From an uncultured Bacteroidales bacterium (GTDB taxonomy: Bacteria > Bacteroidota > Bacteroidia > Bacteroidales > UBA932), in assembly GCA_945487035.1 (NCBI GenBank), contig CALYTI010000008.1, positions 240-64,239 of the forward strand: DNA of 64,000 nucleotides, written 5' to 3'. A model generated the notes under the pieces. That model was given only the letters and a program-made list of their open reading frames with translations. It was not told the origin of the DNA and did no database searches. Positions within the stretch are counted from its first letter, which is position 1, and every line of letters begins with the position of its first letter. Made by a program: the position numbers and the translations under genes. Of this stretch, positions 10,701 to 19,939 are shown piece by piece.

Positions 10701-12228
10701 TTACCCATCCGTTGAATATGCCTTCCTTGAGCTGGCCCTTCGCAGTGATGTCGGAGTAAGGATAGTCCAGAAGAGTCAGTTTGCCTATTGAGATGGTGTC
10801 CAGCTGGATGAGCGGCTGGCTGCCGTCCAGAGGGATGGAACCGCAGCTGCGGACCAGAATGGATGTAGGTCCGAGGGCATCCGCTCCGAGCAGTCTTTTC
10901 AAATCAAGTTCATCCGCTACGGCCCTTCCGTCGTAGCTGATCGGCTTTTGGGGGTCCATAAGGCCATCGGTGCTGCCTTTCAGTTCCAGTTTGCCGGCAG
11001 TTGTATTCAATCTGATATCCAGGGAAGGGGAGTTGAGGGGTCCCCTGAGGGAGCCGCTGAGTTCTGCCTGTACCCCTTGGGCATAGCGGTCCAGACCGAG
11101 CTTGACCGAATCCGGGGTGAAAGCCCCGATAAGTTTCTCAAGGGAAGGAGTGTCGAAGGCCAGGCGCTGCAGGTCCACGGTCAGCGAAGCCTGGGGGATA
11201 ATGCAGATATCCTTGAGATGCCCTCCGATTTCAAGCTCCACTCCGCTGTACAGGTCCTTGCACTTCAAAGTGTTGATGGTCAGGTTGTTGACGGGCCCGT
11301 CTATGCCGCCCTTCTCAATGTCCAGCACCACCGGGCAGTCCTGCATCACTCCCATAAAGTAGGCGAGCGAACGCATCGCGAGCCGGCTTTGCCTGAACTC
11401 TCCTTTCATAGGAATGTGGTCCACATACTCGCCCCAGTCGCTGAAATGCTCATAACCCATTGAGTAATAAGCAATATCTACATCTGACCACTGGTCTTTG
11501 AGGTGAATGTCCGATATCTCGGTCAGGCCCATTCCGGTGATGCATTTGCCGGTCAGGCTCATAGCATAGCCGCATTTATCGCGAAGCGAGGAACTTGTGA
11601 TTTCGAAGGAGCAGCGGGAATCCACGAAATTGATATCGCGTCCGTGCACATCTCCTGAAAGGTCCATATCGCTCCAGTTGATGCCGAAACCCTTGTACTC
11701 GAAATCATTTTCAGTAAGGTTGACCATACGGAAGCGCAGGTCGGTTGCGTCAGCCTTGCGTATGCAGAACAGGTCCGGCTTTTCGCGGGGGTCATCGGGA
11801 CCCTTGGGAATGCGGAACATTGCGCAGAGATTGTTCTCAAAGCCGTCCCTTTCGACAATGACGAGGTTGAATTCCACCCCGTCCGCCCTTACGCGGTCCA
11901 GCTTGACTCCTCCTTTCTGCTTGAAATTCAAGCCTTTGAGGGAAAAGGTGGCGGACAGCCGGTCAATGCGTGCAAGAGTATCTATGCCTCCCACCGGAGC
12001 TGTATCGACAATGACCAGGTCCTTGAGAACGAGTGTCCTGAAGGGAAGAAAATGTATGCCTCCAAGGCTGATTTGCGCATCGAACTTCCCGTCCACCAAA
12101 GAGATGGCCTTGCGGCAGAGGGAAGTCTGGACAGAAGGCAGCTGGATAAGCATTACGACCGCGAGCAGAAGCAGCATAAGCAGCTCCAGCACGCGGGCAA
12201 GTACTTTCCAAATCTTTTTTGAGCGCAT
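7711..12228 (-). CDS. tamB: Translocation and assembly module TamB-like protein
   Basis: About 1500 aa with N-terminal TM anchor (QLPSVQT), beta-rich body and Bacteroidota TamB-like C-terminus (QRNGVGITYQKEYD). Start at ATG 12228, just after a -7 box. Confidence 0.8.
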   Translation of the reverse strand: MRSKKIWKVLARVLELLMLLLLAVVMLIQLPSVQTSLCRKAISLVDGKFDAQISLGGIHFLPFRTLVLKDLVIVDTAPVGGIDTLARIDRLSATFSLKGLNFKQKGGVKLDRVRADGVEFNLVIVERDGFENNLCAMFRIPKGPDDPREKPDLFCIRKADATDLRFRMVNLTENDFEYKGFGINWSDMDLSGDVHGRDINFVDSRCSFEITSSSLRDKCGYAMSLTGKCITGMGLTEISDIHLKDQWSDVDIAYYSMGYEHFSDWGEYVDHIPMKGEFRQSRLAMRSLAYFMGVMQDCPVVLDIEKGGIDGPVNNLTINTLKCKDLYSGVELEIGGHLKDICIIPQASLTVDLQRLAFDTPSLEKLIGAFTPDSVKLGLDRYAQGVQAELSGSLRGPLNSPSLDIRLNTTAGKLELKGSTDGLMDPQKPISYDGRAVADELDLKRLLGADALGPTSILVRSCGSIPLDGSQPLIQLDTISIGKLTLLDYPYSDITAKGQLKEGIFNGWVNCQDRNLKFLFSGGVSIEANNFTYGRFFLNIPHADLKATGLDPRPGTSIASGNFDIRLRKNKDNTLLGSANGMDLEYTDDDGVNDIGDFSLDIRNNEDSKLNWTTFSSDFLEFGYKGDISIEKVLEPVLAATVGRSVPAVLPPGKTPQTDGHSFLAQLELKDTKKILAPLKMYFNIAEGTKAEAELDSNGDFILSFDSALLAAGEVAVSHPSLRMRCGSEHSVIEAGIRELYAGQFAMKNIALSANAKSNDVELMLCGATDQVENTSVNLKLNANLARDRRKGNKLVVFGSIPDSWLSIGGNVWNILEPDLRYSGDSLSVHGFGLVNGDQAIYVDGALSSKFDQKLMVKARDFDLSTFAGFLKKDFGIKGAIEADLVIGTHKDANTDIQGSIFCPELLVGGRSAGSLELRAEMDPEDFEMLNFSLRNSAGGTSDAIRISGGSFNLASNVVRAKASFNNFEIGFAESFVEDYCSELRGKLSGNITISGNVSSEQFLQKGIRCDALMLKEGHVLLKPTGAAYDLDGKLKYQQGELSVDRLTLRDNRGGMASLSGNLEELLLNVDNFKVLDKRNDGSQFYGHLAVGGNMRIAGISEGALDIGGTIATAGDGDVSIITAFNASSESVLLSFTQPVDSNETESLLPVLPKKESGSLKMDCRFVVSPQVKLTAYLDKAASNVISASGNGDISIGFDSSQRDVRLGGDYVINEGKCHFAALSSLITKDFVIENGSSVKFAGNPMDSELDIKANQILKKVSIGPLISDTTAVHTEKKVICGLGISNKLTNPELSFSIDVEDLDPATKSLVESELNTEDKIQKQFLALILTGNFLPSESQGITDNNSTSGSNLILKNLTSIMSGQVNSVLQKIGVPVDFGLSYQQNEIGKDIVDVALSTNLFSDRVQLDGSIANRRYSTTSSDEMVGDLDIGIKIDKTGSLKLKMFSHSSDDYTSFLDNSQRNGVGITYQKEYDNFFDFVKGLFKKKGKDNVPQEGPVRTITITQ

Positions 12229-12295
12229 ACGGCCCAAATTTAACAAAATTCCGGCAGTTTTTTGCTAATTTTGGCGTTCAATTCTGAAGATACTT

Positions 12296-13318
12296 ATGGC
12301 AGACATAATACTCGGTATAGAATCATCCTGCGACGATACTTCCGCAGCCGTTATCAAGGACAGGGTCCTGCTCTCCAATGTGATTGCAAGTCAGGACGTT
12401 CACCGCGCCTACGGAGGCGTTGTGCCCGAACTTGCCTCCAGAGCCCACGAACAGAACATTGTGCCGGTGGTCAGCGAAGCTCTTGCAAGGGCAGCAGTGA
12501 GCGCTTCCGAGCTTACAGCCATAGCCTTCACCCGGGGTCCCGGACTGCTTGGATCCCTGCTGGTAGGAACATCCTTTGCCAAGGCTCTGGGCCTCGCTCT
12601 CGATATCCCCATCGTGAGCGTGAACCATCTGCAGGGACACGTGCTGGCAAACTTTGTGCGTCAGGAAGGCGTGCAGGTGCGCGAACCGTCCTTCCCTTAC
12701 CTGTGCCTGCTGGTCTCCGGAGGCAATTCCCAAATCGTGAAGGTCAATTCTCCGCTGGACTTCGAAATACTCGGCCAGACCATAGACGATGCCGTGGGAG
12801 AGGCCTTCGACAAGTGCTCCAAGATGATGGGTCTGGGCTACCCGGGCGGTCCGATTATAGACAGGCTCGCCAAGCAGGGTGACCCCAAGCGTTTCAGCTT
12901 CGCCAAGCCTCATATCCCGGGGCTGGATTACAGCTTCAGCGGAGTCAAGACCTCGCTGCTGTATTTTGTGCGCGACGAGATGGCAAAGGACCCGGACTTT
13001 ATGGAAAAGAACAAGGAGGACATCTGCGCTTCCTTCCAGAAGACCCTTATAGACATTCTTATGGACAAGCTCGTCAAGGCTGCAAAGCAGACCGGCATTA
13101 AGGAGATAACAATAGGCGGAGGCGTTTCCGCCAACAGCGGGCTGCGCACCCGCATCAGCGAGGAAGGAGCAAAGCGCGGCTGGAATGTCTATCTGCCTGA
13201 ATTCAAGTTCACTACCGACAATGCTGCGATGATTGCCATTGCGGGCTATTTCCATTACCTCGCAGGAGAGCGCTGCCCTCTGGACGCAGCCCCGGTTTCC
13301 CGTATCGCAGAACTGTAG
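12296..13318 (+). CDS. tsaD: tRNA N6-adenosine threonylcarbamoyltransferase
   Basis: GIESSCDDT, GGVVPELASRAH, DDAVGEAFDK, TDNAAMI. Confidence 0.97.
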   Translation: MADIILGIESSCDDTSAAVIKDRVLLSNVIASQDVHRAYGGVVPELASRAHEQNIVPVVSEALARAAVSASELTAIAFTRGPGLLGSLLVGTSFAKALGLALDIPIVSVNHLQGHVLANFVRQEGVQVREPSFPYLCLLVSGGNSQIVKVNSPLDFEILGQTIDDAVGEAFDKCSKMMGLGYPGGPIIDRLAKQGDPKRFSFAKPHIPGLDYSFSGVKTSLLYFVRDEMAKDPDFMEKNKEDICASFQKTLIDILMDKLVKAAKQTGIKEITIGGGVSANSGLRTRISEEGAKRGWNVYLPEFKFTTDNAAMIAIAGYFHYLAGERCPLDAAPVSRIAEL

Positions 13319-13323
13319 AACCT

Positions 13324-14856
13324 ATGCAGACCATAGAACTCACTTCGCCCCTCAGTTCCCCTCTCAGCCCTTCGGATGTGCAGTCCAGGGTGGAGGCTCT
13401 GTTTCACCGCAGGGACCTTCGCGCCGTACTCGTGAAACGCAGTCTTGATGCGCGCGGCTCTTCGCTGCTGCTGCGCCACCGGGTGGAGGTCTATGGCCCT
13501 GACGAAGAATATACTCCTTACGCTGCCCCTCAGTACCGCGATGTGCACGGAGCCGAACCCGTGATAGTGGTGGGCGCAGGCCCTGCCGGAATGTTCGCCG
13601 CCCTCAAACTGCTTACCCTCGGGCGCAGGCCCATAGTGCTCGAAAGGGGTAAGGATGTGCACGCGCGCAAATACGATATGGCGGCGCTCTCGCGGGAAGG
13701 CGTGGTCAATCCCGACTCCAACTATTGCTACGGGGAGGGAGGTGCAGGCGCTTTTTCCGACGGCAAACTGTATACCCGTTCCTCCAAGCGCGGGGACAAC
13801 AGGGAAGTGCTCACGCAGCTGGTGGCTTTCGGTGCTTCAGAGGATATTCTTTATGATGCACATCCGCACATAGGCTCGAACCGCCTTCCCGCTATTGTGG
13901 AGAACATACGCAAATGCATTGAGGCTCACGGAGGGGAATACCATTTCGGGGCGCGGGTGTGCGCCATCGAAGGGGAAGACGGAGCTTTCGTGGTGCACTG
14001 CGCCGATGGCGCACACTACCGCGCCCCGAAAGTCATACTTGCCACCGGCCATTCAGCCCGCGATGTGTATGAAATGCTAAGAAGCGGTGGCGGTGCGCTT
14101 GAAGCCAAGGGCTTTGCCCTCGGTGTGAGAGTGGAGCATCCTCAGGCCCTCATCAACAAAGCCCAATATCACGGCAAATGGCGTCCGGGTATCCCGGCCG
14201 CCGAATACAGCTTCGTCGAGCAGGTGGACGGCAGGGGAGTTTTCTCTTTCTGCATGTGTCCGGGAGGCATACTCGTGCCTTCCTCAACCGAGCCTGAGAG
14301 CGTAGTGCTCAACGGAATGTCCAATGCCGAGCGTAATTCCCGCTGGGCCAATGCCGGAGTCGTAGTCCAGATTGAGCCTGAAGATGTGCCGGGCGAAGAC
14401 CCTATGCGCCTTATGGACTTCCAGCAGGAGGTGGAAAGGATGATGTACCGCACGGCCCAAAGCTGCGGCGCAACTAACCCTATGGCGGCTCCAGGGCAGC
14501 GTATGCAGGATTTCTGCAAAGGCAGGCTGTCCGCTTCGCTTCCTGAGTCTTCCTATCACCCCGGAGTGGTCAGCGCACCTCTGCACACAGCCCTTCCGCC
14601 CATCATAGCCCGCAGGCTGCAGAAGGCCTTTCCGAAAGTGAAGATAGGAGGCTATTATACCAATGAAGCCCTGCTTCTGGGAGTGGAGTCACGCACCTCT
14701 TCCCCCGTGCGCATTCCACGCGACCCTCAGAGCCTGGAATATGTTTCCAGACCCGGAATCTTCCCTTGCGGAGAGGGCGCAGGCTACGCAGGCGGGATAG
14801 TATCTTCCGCGATTGACGGCATCAGGGCCGCAACTGCCTGCTGCCTTAAGGATTAA
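13324..14856 (+). CDS. NAD(P)/FAD-dependent oxidoreductase (uncharacterised family)
   Basis: VVGAGPAG, GEGGAGAFSDGKL, FCMCPGG, CGEGAGYAGGIVSSAIDG. Confidence 0.88.
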   Translation: MQTIELTSPLSSPLSPSDVQSRVEALFHRRDLRAVLVKRSLDARGSSLLLRHRVEVYGPDEEYTPYAAPQYRDVHGAEPVIVVGAGPAGMFAALKLLTLGRRPIVLERGKDVHARKYDMAALSREGVVNPDSNYCYGEGGAGAFSDGKLYTRSSKRGDNREVLTQLVAFGASEDILYDAHPHIGSNRLPAIVENIRKCIEAHGGEYHFGARVCAIEGEDGAFVVHCADGAHYRAPKVILATGHSARDVYEMLRSGGGALEAKGFALGVRVEHPQALINKAQYHGKWRPGIPAAEYSFVEQVDGRGVFSFCMCPGGILVPSSTEPESVVLNGMSNAERNSRWANAGVVVQIEPEDVPGEDPMRLMDFQQEVERMMYRTAQSCGATNPMAAPGQRMQDFCKGRLSASLPESSYHPGVVSAPLHTALPPIIARRLQKAFPKVKIGGYYTNEALLLGVESRTSSPVRIPRDPQSLEYVSRPGIFPCGEGAGYAGGIVSSAIDGIRAATACCLKD

Positions 14857-15323
14857 ATCGAATCGAAAATGAACGGCAGGAGGTCGTCCACCCTGTCAAA
14901 CTTCCAGACGCATTCAGCCCCCACTACCAGCACTGAGAGAGGCGCACCTGCCTTGCGCTGATACTGCGCCATCACCTGACGGCAGGCACCGCACGGGCTG
15001 GCCGGAACCTCTTCTAGCTGTCCGTCCAGGCCTCCAGCAACTGCAAGGCTTCTGATGTCCAGCTCCGGATGCTGTGCACTGGCTGCAAACATCGCAGTCC
15101 TTTCTGCGCACAGTCCTGAAGGATAGGCTGCATTTTCCTGATTGCTGCCTATTACAATGCTTCCGTCTGAAAGCCGCACGGCTGCACCGACCTTGAAATT
15201 GGAGTATGGAGAATAGGCATTCCGCATAGCTCCGACTGCTGCTTCAACCAACTGCCGGTCTTCACCGGACAGTTCGTCAAAAGTGTATTCCTTGTAAGAT
15301 AATATCAGTTTCCTGTCTGTCAT
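14853..15323 (-). CDS. cdd: Cytidine deaminase
   Basis: YSPYSNFKVGAA, NQENAAYPSGLCAER, SPCGACRQ. Confidence 0.95.
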   Translation of the reverse strand: MTDRKLILSYKEYTFDELSGEDRQLVEAAVGAMRNAYSPYSNFKVGAAVRLSDGSIVIGSNQENAAYPSGLCAERTAMFAASAQHPELDIRSLAVAGGLDGQLEEVPASPCGACRQVMAQYQRKAGAPLSVLVVGAECVWKFDRVDDLLPFIFDSI

Positions 15324-15527
15324 TTTTGTGGTTTTTATTGAAATCGTTCAGATTGAACTGTCCTTTCCGCTGACTTATTTTACTGCTGTTAATTAATTGT
15401 TAGTGTTTTATGGTTTACAAAAATAACAATTAATAAGAGAATATTCCTTTTCTTGCACAAATTCCGGCTGCCATAATGTGGGACTATTTCAAGCAATTCT
15501 CACGAAACCCTGCCACCGGAGAACTGA

Positions 15528-16544
15528 TTACAAAATAATCCATTCTCCACCCTTGTCACTACCATGCCTCTTAATTTTATTTGTTTCCCTAAGTCGGGCA
15601 ATGTCTCTCTCAATGGTTCGTTCTGCAACCTTAAGTATTTTTGCTAATTCGGCTGATGATATTTTGGGATTTATTCGAATATTCTCAAGGATTTCCTTTT
15701 CGCGTTTAGCTTTTCCTTTGAGAGATTCCTTTGTATTTTCTCCGACATTTTCTCCGACATTTTCTCCGACATTTTTGGGAAGTGTCGGTCTATTCTTGTG
15801 GAGAACTATTGTAAAGAACCCTTCGGTACGGTATTCCGGTGCGGGAAGACCGGATTCCTTCATCAGGTCTTCCATCCTCGGAATGCCGGAGCCGACCTTC
15901 TCTACAAGATCCATTCTGGTGAAAAGTTCGAAGACTTTTGGATTGCGGGACTTGCTTATATGTCCGAAATTCTTGGCTACAATGGGAAGGAGACCTCCTG
16001 GATTGGATATTTCAAGCCTGTCATCGTAGAGCTCAACCATAATGTTGGCAGCTGTGTCGTAGTAATCACGATGGCAAAGAGCGTTGGTCAATGCTTCTTT
16101 TATTGCGTCTAACGGAATTTCCCACTTCTCGATGCGCGGATTGAAGCCGTCCATGATATATTCGACGGCAAGGCGCTGCTTCAGCCATTTTGTAGTCTCG
16201 TTGTACTGGTTGAGAAGCGGGCCTCCAATGGTCTTGGAGTCGATAATGTGGACCTTGTTTGTTCCCTTGAAGAGAACGCAGCGAATGACTGCCTGGGGTA
16301 TCCGTTTGCCGCACTCATCGGAGAATAACATCGGAACAACATTGGAAATTTCATCTTTGGGGCCAAGTAATCCAAGATTCCGGAAGAGTTCAGTAGTGGG
16401 TGCTAATGAGGAGATACCGGCTTTCTCTTTGAATTCACGGACGGCCTGTTCGGAGACCTCGTCCATCCGAAACCATTTGTTGTACGCTTCATCGAAATGA
16501 AGGGCACCGGCATCGTCAAAGAGTTGCCGCATTTCATCAATCAT
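15528..16544 (-). CDS. ATP-binding (HATPase_c_4-like) wHTH regulator, apparently lacking the N-terminal AlbA_2/Schlafen domain; possible pseudogene
   Basis: EALTNALCHRDY, DRLEISNPGGL, SRNP, VEKVGSGI and C-terminal HTH (SSAELAKILKVAERTIERDI...GSDKGGEW); more AT-rich than neighbours. Confidence 0.75.
   Translation of the reverse strand: MIDEMRQLFDDAGALHFDEAYNKWFRMDEVSEQAVREFKEKAGISSLAPTTELFRNLGLLGPKDEISNVVPMLFSDECGKRIPQAVIRCVLFKGTNKVHIIDSKTIGGPLLNQYNETTKWLKQRLAVEYIMDGFNPRIEKWEIPLDAIKEALTNALCHRDYYDTAANIMVELYDDRLEISNPGGLLPIVAKNFGHISKSRNPKVFELFTRMDLVEKVGSGIPRMEDLMKESGLPAPEYRTEGFFTIVLHKNRPTLPKNVGENVGENVGENTKESLKGKAKREKEILENIRINPKISSAELAKILKVAERTIERDIARLRETNKIKRHGSDKGGEWIIL
15735..15775. repeat. 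12-bp tandem repeat (ATTTTCTCCGAC x3.4) encoding (NVGE)n
   Basis: Directly visible in the sequence. Confidence 0.9.
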
Positions 16545-16640
16545 ATTGAAAGCTTTAAAACACAAAAATACAAATTTCATCTTAATTGGTCTTGATATGG
16601 GGATGAATAATGGGTTGAAGTCGTTATCTTTGCTCCCTGT

Positions 16641-17948
16641 ATGAAGATTTGTATCGGACTTTCAGGAGGAGTTGACTCCAGTGTTGCCGCTCTGCTTCTG
16701 AAGCAGCAGGGCTATGATGTCTTTGCTATGTTTATGCAGAACTGGCACGATACCGAAGGGACTCTGCACGGTGACTGCGAATGGGAAGAGGACAAGTTCG
16801 TAGCCGAACTGGTCGCCCGCAAGCTGGGGATTCCCTTCTATTTCGTGGACCTGAGCGGGGAGTACCGCAAGCGGGTCGTGGACTATATGTTCTCCGAATA
16901 CGAACACGGCAGAACCCCCAATCCGGATGTGCTCTGCAACCGCGAGATCAAGTTCGACGCCTTCCTCAAAGCTGCCCGAAAGCTTGGTGCAGATGCAGTT
17001 GCCACAGGGCATTACTGCCGCAGAAGGGAGAACCCCGACGGCACTGTAAGCCTGCTGGAAGGTGTGGATCCCGGCAAGGACCAGAGCTACTTCCTCTGCC
17101 AGCTCAGCCAGGAGCAGCTGCGCGCCGCCATATTTCCGATAGGGGATCTCTGCAAAAGCGAAGTGCGCCGCCTCGCGCAGGAGGCCGACCTGCCTTCCGC
17201 TGACAAAAAGGACTCGCAGGGCATTTGCTTTGTGGGCAAGGTGGACCTTCCTGTCTTCCTGCAGCAGAAGCTCAAAAGCGTTGAAGGAGAGGTGATTGAG
17301 GTTTTTCCTCAATATTATGCCGACTCCGCAAAGCATGCCCGCGAGAAGGAAATCCTTTCCCGTCCGGTGGAAAGCTGGTCCGAGGAGGATCTGCTCGAAC
17401 TCAGCCGGCCTTATGACTATTCGGACATAGTATTTACGACCGAAACTTACCGCGGGGGTTCGCACCATAAGAAAAAGACCCGCAACCGCTTCAACCCCTG
17501 GGGCGTCGTTGCCGGCAAGCACGAAGGCGCCCAGTTCTACACTCTGGGGCAGCGCAAGGGCCTCGGCATAGGCGGTCACAAGAACCCCGTCTTCGTCATT
17601 GCCACCGACGTGCAGAGCAACCGCGTCTATGTGGGAGAAGGGGAGGAACATGAGGGCCTCTACCGCAAGGTAATGCGTCTGCTTCCGGAAGATATGCACT
17701 GGATGCGCCCCTGCTACGAAATGAAGGCAGGTGAGCAGCGCCGCGTGCGTGTGCGCATACGCTACCGCCAGCCTCTGCAGGACGCTACCGTCTATTATAA
17801 GAATAGCGGAATATATGTCGTCTTCGACCGCTCCCAGCGCAGCATCACCCCGGGCCAGTTCGCAGCCTTCCACCTTTGCGAAAATGAAGCCCCGGACGCC
17901 ATAGACGCCGAGGCTCCTGAACTCATATTTTCCGCTGTAATAGCTTAG
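16641..17948 (+). CDS. mnmA: tRNA 2-thiouridine(34) synthase
   Basis: GLSGGVDS, TPNPDVLCNREIKF, ATGHY, KDQSYFL, DSQGICF, TPGQ. Confidence 0.97.
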   Translation: MKICIGLSGGVDSSVAALLLKQQGYDVFAMFMQNWHDTEGTLHGDCEWEEDKFVAELVARKLGIPFYFVDLSGEYRKRVVDYMFSEYEHGRTPNPDVLCNREIKFDAFLKAARKLGADAVATGHYCRRRENPDGTVSLLEGVDPGKDQSYFLCQLSQEQLRAAIFPIGDLCKSEVRRLAQEADLPSADKKDSQGICFVGKVDLPVFLQQKLKSVEGEVIEVFPQYYADSAKHAREKEILSRPVESWSEEDLLELSRPYDYSDIVFTTETYRGGSHHKKKTRNRFNPWGVVAGKHEGAQFYTLGQRKGLGIGGHKNPVFVIATDVQSNRVYVGEGEEHEGLYRKVMRLLPEDMHWMRPCYEMKAGEQRRVRVRIRYRQPLQDATVYYKNSGIYVVFDRSQRSITPGQFAAFHLCENEAPDAIDAEAPELIFSAVIA

Positions 17949-19939
17949 AACAGCTTGTCCGCTATTTCTTCCACCAGCTCCGGGTAGTCGGTGGTGATGT
18001 AGTCAGCACATACTGCTATGCACTTCATAATGGTAGCCCTGTCGTTGACCGTCCATATATTGGTCTCAACTCCCAGTTTGTGGCCGCGGTCCACGAACTC
18101 AGGCTTGGAGTTCAGCATAACCGACATAGAGTAGTCCATAATGTCGATTCCGTCTTCTTTCAGTATCTCAGGCTCTCTGTTGCCGGAGAGGAAACCTATG
18201 GTGGCCTGAGGGTCCAGCTGACGGATCAGCAGGCAGGCATCGTAGCTGAAGGCGATATATTCGACCTTGTCCTTAAGACCCATCCTTTCCACCATCTGCA
18301 CCGTAGCCATAGTGGCCTCAAGTGTACGCTCGGTGGTGGAGTGGTCCTTGATTTCTATTATCAGCTTGGTGCTTTCGGACTTGCCGGCCTGGGTGAGGTA
18401 TTCCGAAAGGCTCGGCAGAGTTTCTCCGTTGGAGAGTTTCACCGTGCGAAGGGTGGCATAGGAGGTAGTCTGCACATCATAGCCTCCTATCCTGCCGTCG
18501 TGATTAATCATAAGCGAATCGTCAGCGCTGAGCCATACATCGGTTTCGGAGGCGTAATAGCCGGCCTGCTGGGCAAGCCTCAGGCCTTCGAGAGAATTCT
18601 CCGGTGCTCCGCTGTTGTGCACCCCGCGGTGGGCAATAACCTTTGGCCTGCGTGATACGCAGGACGGCTCGCTCAGCCTGAATTCCACTACTCCCAGAGG
18701 GGTGGTGAGATTGTCCCTGGTGAAATCCACCCTGTAGGCTCCGTCCCCGACTGCAGCATTGATTGTCGCAACTCCATCTGAAATGCTGCACTCCCCGTCA
18801 AGGCAACTGCCGGTGCTTATGCCATAAAGTGCTATTCTGTCGGAAGGCAGCAGGCCGTCCGCAGAGAGCTTGAAGCTTGACCCGTCCGCGATTGCGCATT
18901 CGGGGATGAAGCTGACCTTGCGAAGACCGGTGCAGTGCGCAGTCGCGTCCTGAGGTACTTTGGCGAAACGCCTTGCCACTTCGGCGGAATCAAAGACGGC
19001 ATCGTGCACCTTGGCGAGTACTATTTCGCCGTTCCAGGCGCACTCGGGATCGCTCTTGCTGCAATTCCCGCCTATGCACAGCCACTGGGCTGTCTTGGCT
19101 GCCGGAAGTGAGAATGTTTCGGCCTTGCAGCTGTCCACCATCTCTGAGTCCACCCACAGCCTTGCCATCTTTGCACTTGCATCCCAGCAGAGCACGGCGT
19201 GGTGATAAACTCCGGTTCTGACTCCCTTGCCTGAAGACAGGCTTACCTGCTTGCCGCCAGCCCAAAGCTCAGCTACAATTCTTCCGTTGCTGTCCTTTCC
19301 GCTAACGCCCAGTCTTGCTCCTCCGTTGTACAGGCAGCCGATAGCGCTCATAAAACCGGAAGACGGGAGCTCGTCAACGGCAAATATGCTTTCGAGCGTA
19401 AAGCCGTCGGCCATCTTTTTGACAAATGCCGCATCGGAAGCGAAATCCACCCTTCCGTAGCCCGAAAGCGGTGAAGTTCCCGCCTCGTGGGTAAAGGAAG
19501 CGGTGCAAAAGCCGAAGGCTGTATTGTCGAAGGTAGCCATATTGCCTCCCTCAGTGTAGCCCTCCTTGAACTTCCAGTCGATTGCAGCAGATTTCTTGAG
19601 GACCACAGGAATGCTCTCCTCCAGTTTGCCGGATTTGAGGGTGACCAGGGCTGTGCGCTCCTCGCTGTCGCTCAGAGGTCCTACAACGGTAACGGTGATG
19701 CTGCTGTCCGATGGGTCAGTGGTCAGCCACTCCCCGTTCTGCACGGAAACTTCGTAATCCCCGTCCACATTGAGCCTGAAAGTCTTGCTGTCACCGCTGT
19801 TCACTGCCGTGAAACGCGCATCCGCTATTTCCAGTACCGTAGCCTCCCGGAAAGGCTCCGGAGCCGGAGTTTTCTCCTTCTGACAGGCGGAAAATGCTGC
19901 CAGAGCCGGCAGCATTCCCCAGTAGAGTTTATTCTTCAT
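17945..19939 (-). CDS. Lipoprotein: BACON-like + LamG/ConA-like + C-terminal glycerophosphodiester phosphodiesterase
   Basis: Lipobox FSAC; WLT..ERTALVTL (BACON); YHHAVLCWD..LWVD (LamG); IAHRG, PENSL, ETDV, IEIK, WTVND, ITTDYP (GDPD). Confidence 0.85.
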   Translation of the reverse strand: MKNKLYWGMLPALAAFSACQKEKTPAPEPFREATVLEIADARFTAVNSGDSKTFRLNVDGDYEVSVQNGEWLTTDPSDSSITVTVVGPLSDSEERTALVTLKSGKLEESIPVVLKKSAAIDWKFKEGYTEGGNMATFDNTAFGFCTASFTHEAGTSPLSGYGRVDFASDAAFVKKMADGFTLESIFAVDELPSSGFMSAIGCLYNGGARLGVSGKDSNGRIVAELWAGGKQVSLSSGKGVRTGVYHHAVLCWDASAKMARLWVDSEMVDSCKAETFSLPAAKTAQWLCIGGNCSKSDPECAWNGEIVLAKVHDAVFDSAEVARRFAKVPQDATAHCTGLRKVSFIPECAIADGSSFKLSADGLLPSDRIALYGISTGSCLDGECSISDGVATINAAVGDGAYRVDFTRDNLTTPLGVVEFRLSEPSCVSRRPKVIAHRGVHNSGAPENSLEGLRLAQQAGYYASETDVWLSADDSLMINHDGRIGGYDVQTTSYATLRTVKLSNGETLPSLSEYLTQAGKSESTKLIIEIKDHSTTERTLEATMATVQMVERMGLKDKVEYIAFSYDACLLIRQLDPQATIGFLSGNREPEILKEDGIDIMDYSMSVMLNSKPEFVDRGHKLGVETNIWTVNDRATIMKCIAVCADYITTDYPELVEEIADKLF

